Positions 60,099 to 64,000 of a DNA stretch of 64,000 bases are shown here, in pieces. This DNA comes from an uncultured delta proteobacterium (GTDB lineage: Bacteria; Desulfobacterota; WTBG01; JAGOGO01). The DNA lies in NCBI GenBank assembly GCA_963727835.1, contig CAVSIB010000016.1, positions 20,511-84,510 on the forward strand, read 5' to 3'. Position numbers and translations under genes: made by a program. Positions within the stretch are counted from its first letter, which is position 1; each line of letters opens with the position of its first letter. The notes below the pieces were generated by a model that saw nothing but the letters and a program-made list of their open reading frames with translations, had not been told where the DNA came from and did not search any database.

Positions 60099-60518
60099 TC
60101 AGTTGAGCCGCCTATGGTTATCCAAAAATCCCTGCAGGATATACACTGCGGCTAATTTATCCACAACTTCTTTCCGGCGGCGACGGCTGACATTGGCACT
60201 TATCAGGGTGCGGGTTACCGCCACAGTAGAAAATCGTTCATCCCAAACATCAACGGGTATTGCTGTTTTAACCTTCATCTCTTGGATAAAGGCTAAAACC
60301 TGCTCAGCAGATTTTCCCAAGGTACCATTCATATTTTTTGGAAGCCCAATGACAATTTTTTCCACTTTATGCTGGCTGGCAATTTCCAAGAGTTTCCGAA
60401 TATCATTCTTAGGAGTGGTGCGGTTTAAGGTCGGGAGGCCTTGGGCAGTTATACCCAATTCATCACTTAAGGCTAATCCGATCCGCTTACTACCAATATC
60501 CAGTCCCAAAAATCGCAT
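60099..60518 (-). CDS. ruvX: Putative pre-16S rRNA nuclease / Holliday-junction resolvase-like YqgF (RuvX)
   Basis: MRFLGLDIGSKRIGLALSDELG...KIVIGLPKNMNGT is the YqgF signature. Confidence 0.9.
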   Translation of the reverse strand: MRFLGLDIGSKRIGLALSDELGITAQGLPTLNRTTPKNDIRKLLEIASQHKVEKIVIGLPKNMNGTLGKSAEQVLAFIQEMKVKTAIPVDVWDERFSTVAVTRTLISANVSRRRRKEVVDKLAAVYILQGFLDNHRRLN

Positions 60519-60834
60519 ATTTTTACTATCCTAATGAATTTATTATCTATTTTAGTTACATAGTGTTTGAAAAAACAATAAAAAATTTTGGACTAAAATT
60601 TATACAATTTCCTTTCATAAGTCAATTTATTCTTGCCCATAGCACCCCTATAATAATATCGTCATAAGGGTCTAAAAGCCCAAGGCGGAAAAGAACCCAG
60701 CCTTATATATTTTTGGGTTGTTTTTTACGGCAATAATGAGTAAAATTAAAAAATTTCTTACCCTCGGACGAATTCTCAGGACATTTATCTTTGGAGAATT
60801 TCGCCATACCCTCCTTGAAACCAGAGGTTTGATG

Positions 60835-61356
60835 AAACTTAACAAGGGATATGTCCATATTTATACCGGCGATGGAAAGGGGAAAACCACGGCTGCTATC
60901 GGTCTTGCCTTACGGGCAGTCGGCGCAGGCATGAAAGTATTTATTGTTCAATTTCTTAAAGGGAAGGCCTCAAGCGAATTTATTCCCTTAGCAAAGCTAA
61001 ACGATTCAATCGTGTTCGTTCACTATGGGCGAGGCTGTTTAATCAAAGATAAACCAACCAAAGAAGATAAGGATTTAGCCCTTCAAGGGCTCAAAGAGGC
61101 CCGCAAAGCCATCGTCTCAGGGAAGTATGATCTCGTCATTCTGGATGAGGCCATTGTTGCGGTGTTATTCGATCTTCTTTCTCTTGATGATCTTCTCGAT
61201 TTGATCAAAAAAAAGGCGGATCATGTCGAATTGGTCTTCACGGGCCGAAAAGCTCCTCCCAAACTGATTGAGGCCGCTGACTTGGTAACCGAGATGAAGG
61301 AGATTAAGCATTATTACACGCAAGGAGTTTTAGCGCGATCCGGAATTGAGGATTGA
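60835..61356 (+). CDS. cobO: Cob(I)yrinic acid a,c-diamide adenosyltransferase (CobA/CobO/BtuR family)
   Basis: GYVHIYTGDGKGKTTAAIGLALRAVGAGMKVFIVQFLKG...DLVILDE. The ORF extends 5' to 60718. Confidence 0.85.
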   Translation, partial: KLNKGYVHIYTGDGKGKTTAAIGLALRAVGAGMKVFIVQFLKGKASSEFIPLAKLNDSIVFVHYGRGCLIKDKPTKEDKDLALQGLKEARKAIVSGKYDLVILDEAIVAVLFDLLSLDDLLDLIKKKADHVELVFTGRKAPPKLIEAADLVTEMKEIKHYYTQGVLARSGIED

Positions 61357-61385
61357 GAGCAACGGTCAAGGGTGCAAAGTTTAAA

Positions 61386-61401
61386 AACGTGGGTTCACGT
61401 T
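61386..61401. terminator. Short palindromic hairpin (AACGTG-ggtt-CACGTT) between convergent cobO and metG; candidate bidirectional terminator
   Basis: 6-bp stem with a 4-nt loop, flanked by A/T runs on both sides. Confidence 0.35.
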
Positions 61402-61415
61402 AAAAGGTTCCCGTT

Positions 61416-62936
61416 TCAAAGGATACGGGGAAAGAGAGGAGGGATCTTTTTGAGCTCTGCTCCAGAGGGAAGATCACCCCACCTATATTTTTGGGATAAG
61501 TCTTGTTGAGTAATTTTTTCTTTTATCCCCAGCGAATCCCACATTTTTTCTGCCGCGGCAGGCATAAAAGGAAAGACGAAAAGAGTAATGACCCGAAGAG
61601 CATCAAGAATATTGTAGATAACCATGCTCAACTCACCTTTTTTCCCTTCGTCTTTTGCTAAGGTAAAAGGTGCAGACTCGACAATATACTTATTTACTGC
61701 TGATACCAGCTCGCCGATAGCAATAAGCGCTTTCTGAAAGGCAAGCTCATTGAGAGCGTTATCAACCTGAATAAAGGTTTTTTCCTGGATATCCCTCAGT
61801 CGGTCATTTCCCTGACCGCGAGCAGGAACCACCCCTCCAAAATACTTACTCGCCATAACGAGGCTTCGGTTCAACAAGTTTCCAAGGTCATTGGCCAAAT
61901 CGCTGTTTATCCGATTAACCATGGCTTTATGGGAAAAATCCGCATCCAGGCCAAACGGGACCTCCCGCATGAGAAAGTATCGAACCTGGTCAACTCCATA
62001 GTCATCAATTAATTTTACGGGTTCGATAAAATTTCCCAGGGACTTAGACATCTTTTTCCCTTCATGGGTCCACCAACCGTGGGCAAAAACCTTTTTAAAC
62101 AGAGGAATGCCCACCGACATAAGAAAAGTAGGCCAGTAAATAGTGTGATGACGGAGTATATCTTTTCCAATGAGGTGCACATCAGCTGGCCAGTAGCGGG
62201 TAAATTTATCCGAATCATTCAGATATCCAGCGCCGGAGATATAATTAACCAGCGCATCAATCCAGACATAGATAATATGCCGGGCATTTCCTGGTACTGG
62301 CACACCCCATTGAAATGACGTGCGGCTCACGCTTAAATCCCTTAACCCTTCTTTAATAAAACTGATTATTTCATTTCGCCTGCTCTCGGGCTGGATAAAT
62401 TCCGGGTGATTTTCGATGTGGGTCAAGAGGTTATTTTGATACTTGGACATGCGAAAGAAATAACTCTCTTCTTTTAATTTTTCCACCTCCCGACCACAAT
62501 CAGGGCACTTCCCCTCAAGTAACTGGTTTTGCGTCCAAAACGTTTCACAGGGCGTGCAATACCAATCTTCATAGTAACCCAAGTAGATATCTCCATTATC
62601 CAGTGCTTTTTTGAAAAGGAATTGCACTACCTGTTTATGCCGCTCCTCTGTGGTTCTAATAAAGTCATTATTGCTGATATTGAGTCTTACCCATAGGTCC
62701 TGGAACCTTTTTACCACTCGGTTAGCCAAGTCGATTGGTTTCTCCCCAAAGGCTTCTGCTGATTTTTCAACTTTGTGGCCATGTTCATCAGTCCCGGTCA
62801 AAAAGAAAACGTCATACCCGGTTAACCGTTTATACCGAGCCACTATATCCGCTGCAATAGTAGTATAAGCATGACCAATATGGGGTACATCGTTGACATA
62901 ATATATGGGAGTAGTAATATAAAAAGTTTTTGTCAT
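61416..62936 (-). CDS. metG: Methionyl-tRNA synthetase (short form, no C-terminal tRNA-binding domain)
   Basis: HIGH motif PHIGHAYT, Zn-knuckle CPDCG, KMSKS motif KMSKSLGN. Confidence 0.95.
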   Translation of the reverse strand: MTKTFYITTPIYYVNDVPHIGHAYTTIAADIVARYKRLTGYDVFFLTGTDEHGHKVEKSAEAFGEKPIDLANRVVKRFQDLWVRLNISNNDFIRTTEERHKQVVQFLFKKALDNGDIYLGYYEDWYCTPCETFWTQNQLLEGKCPDCGREVEKLKEESYFFRMSKYQNNLLTHIENHPEFIQPESRRNEIISFIKEGLRDLSVSRTSFQWGVPVPGNARHIIYVWIDALVNYISGAGYLNDSDKFTRYWPADVHLIGKDILRHHTIYWPTFLMSVGIPLFKKVFAHGWWTHEGKKMSKSLGNFIEPVKLIDDYGVDQVRYFLMREVPFGLDADFSHKAMVNRINSDLANDLGNLLNRSLVMASKYFGGVVPARGQGNDRLRDIQEKTFIQVDNALNELAFQKALIAIGELVSAVNKYIVESAPFTLAKDEGKKGELSMVIYNILDALRVITLFVFPFMPAAAEKMWDSLGIKEKITQQDLSQKYRWGDLPSGAELKKIPPLFPRIL

Positions 62937-62950
62937 CGAAACGTTCCTTG

Positions 62951-63751
62951 TTATGAAGCCTTTTCTTTAATTTCTTCCGCCTTTATCGTGAGCAGCCGAC
63001 CATCATCGAACTCTACTAACAATGTTTTTGCGAGAACATTCTGTTTAATGACCTTGCCTTCCCCAAACGATGTCGCTATTCGACTTCCGCATTTTGGAAG
63101 ATCCTTGAGAAATTCACTATAGGTACTTGCTTCATACTCTAAACAGCACAAAAGCCGTCCGCATAATCCAGAGATTTTTGTGGGATCCAAGGAAAGTCCT
63201 TGGTCTTTAGCCATCCGAATGGTAACAGGCTCAAAATCCGGAAGGAAAGAGACACAACAAAGAGGCCGTCCGCAGCAACCAACGCCACCCATCATTTTGG
63301 CTTCGTTACGAGCGCCGATCTGCCTCATTTCTATCCGGGCATGAAACTCCGAAGCTAATTGTTTAACCAATTCGCGGAAATTGATTCTGGTCTCCGCAGT
63401 AAAAAAAAAGGTGACCTTTTCTCCGCCCGATTGAAAGTCCACACCCACAACCTTCATGGGAAGCGCAAGTTGCTCAGCTTTCTCCTTGCATTTTTTCATG
63501 GTTTCTGCCACCTTTTTTTCTTCCTCTTCTTGCTTTTTGCGGTCCTCATCTGTCGCTAAACGGATAACCGGAGGGGTGGGATTAGAAAAAATTGCGGTGT
63601 TGAAATCCTGGGGTTCAGAAATGACCCTTCCCATCTGCGGGCCCCCCTTGGTTTCTACCACAACCAAGTCTCCAAGGTTAAAGTTCTCCTCTTTTGTATC
63701 GCATCTCAATACAATATGTCGTTTTTCCAATTTTACCTGTGCTACTCGCAT
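62951..63751 (-). CDS. ricT: PSP1 C-terminal domain protein (RicT/YaaT-like)
   Basis: N-terminal PSP1-type fold and the Cys cluster GGVGCCGRPLCC...GLCGRLLCCLEYE typical of YaaT/RicT. Confidence 0.8.
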   Translation of the reverse strand: MRVAQVKLEKRHIVLRCDTKEENFNLGDLVVVETKGGPQMGRVISEPQDFNTAIFSNPTPPVIRLATDEDRKKQEEEEKKVAETMKKCKEKAEQLALPMKVVGVDFQSGGEKVTFFFTAETRINFRELVKQLASEFHARIEMRQIGARNEAKMMGGVGCCGRPLCCVSFLPDFEPVTIRMAKDQGLSLDPTKISGLCGRLLCCLEYEASTYSEFLKDLPKCGSRIATSFGEGKVIKQNVLAKTLLVEFDDGRLLTIKAEEIKEKAS

Positions 63752-63868
63752 AACCAGTCTTTTCTATTAATCCTTATCATTAAAATTTCTTACCCCAAAA
63801 AAAATTCGCTCTTGGGGTTTAACGTCATGAGAATGGCTTCCAACGTTAATTGAGGGTTGGCATTGTAC

Positions 63869-64000
63869 TCAAGCAAGTTTACTGCTGTATTTCTCGATCC
63901 CGAGTAAAGCGTTTAAAAGTCTTTCGAGACTAAAGGCACTGCTTTGCGAAGCAATGTCTTCTGTTTTATCTTTATTTAAAACACAATCAACATTCCCATA
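63869..64000 (-). CDS. 3' end of an unidentified gene (partial; continues beyond window)
   Basis: Open frame to the window edge, ending ...LERLLNALLGIEKYSSKLA*. Not identifiable from 43 residues. Confidence 0.3.
   Translation of the reverse strand, partial: YGNVDCVLNKDKTEDIASQSSAFSLERLLNALLGIEKYSSKLA

Noticed and set aside
60535-60834. Looked for a cobalamin riboswitch upstream of the cobO-like adenosyltransferase.
   Set aside because: No B12-box (GCCACTG-like) or conserved riboswitch core was visible in the leader.
1-64000. Scanned both strands for CRISPR-like regularly spaced direct repeats, rRNA genes and additional tRNAs.
   Set aside because: No regularly spaced repeat array was found. 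Only one tRNA-like cloverleaf (42309-42393) was detected by eye. No rRNA-like conserved stretches.

Overview
This 64 kb window looks like a Gram-negative-type bacterial chromosome. The flanks are AT-rich housekeeping DNA and the centre (~13-39 kb) is a large, compositionally mosaic cell-envelope glycolipid-modification region.

Housekeeping genes, in order:
- left flank: pckG 3' end, an IS200/IS605 insertion, an aminotransferase, a split transketolase, ftsE-ftsX-envC-like-ctpA, and ytxG/ytxH-like genes;
- translation, proline and cofactor genes on the right flank: ribF, tRNA-Leu(CAG), rpmA, obg-proB-proA-nadD-rsfS, comF, ispB and a PAP2 phosphatase;
- glucan, arginine and downstream genes: opgG/opgH, argG-argH, rsmB, mltG, ruvX, cobO, metG and ricT.

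Main finding:
- The core is a complete but rearranged undecaprenyl-phosphate L-Ara4N lipid A modification locus on the minus strand (arnB, arnC, arnA, arnD, one ArnE/F-like flippase subunit, arnT). It is expanded with three additional ArnT/PMT-family (GT83) paralogs and a LAB_N gene.
- Downstream in the same transcriptional direction lies an unusual 938-aa fusion of two LPS-kinase domains and a GT4 glycosyltransferase, followed by a CgeB-like glycosyltransferase.
- A PmrAB-like two-component system lies beyond the GC-rich island on the other side.
- On the plus strand, a visibly more GC-rich island carries a second Und-P sugar module (GT2, GT-C membrane protein(s), PIG-L/LmbE deacetylase) analogous to GlcN-type lipid A modification.
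- Just upstream of it is an operon of an alpha/beta hydrolase, an MtnX-like HAD phosphatase and a class-III aminotransferase, ending in an IS1595-family transposase remnant.

Caveat on gene integrity:
- At least seven genes are interrupted by +/-1 frameshifts, nearly all at short homopolymer runs.
- This is more consistent with a systematic sequencing-error signature than with real pseudogenisation.
- No CRISPR array or rRNA was seen.
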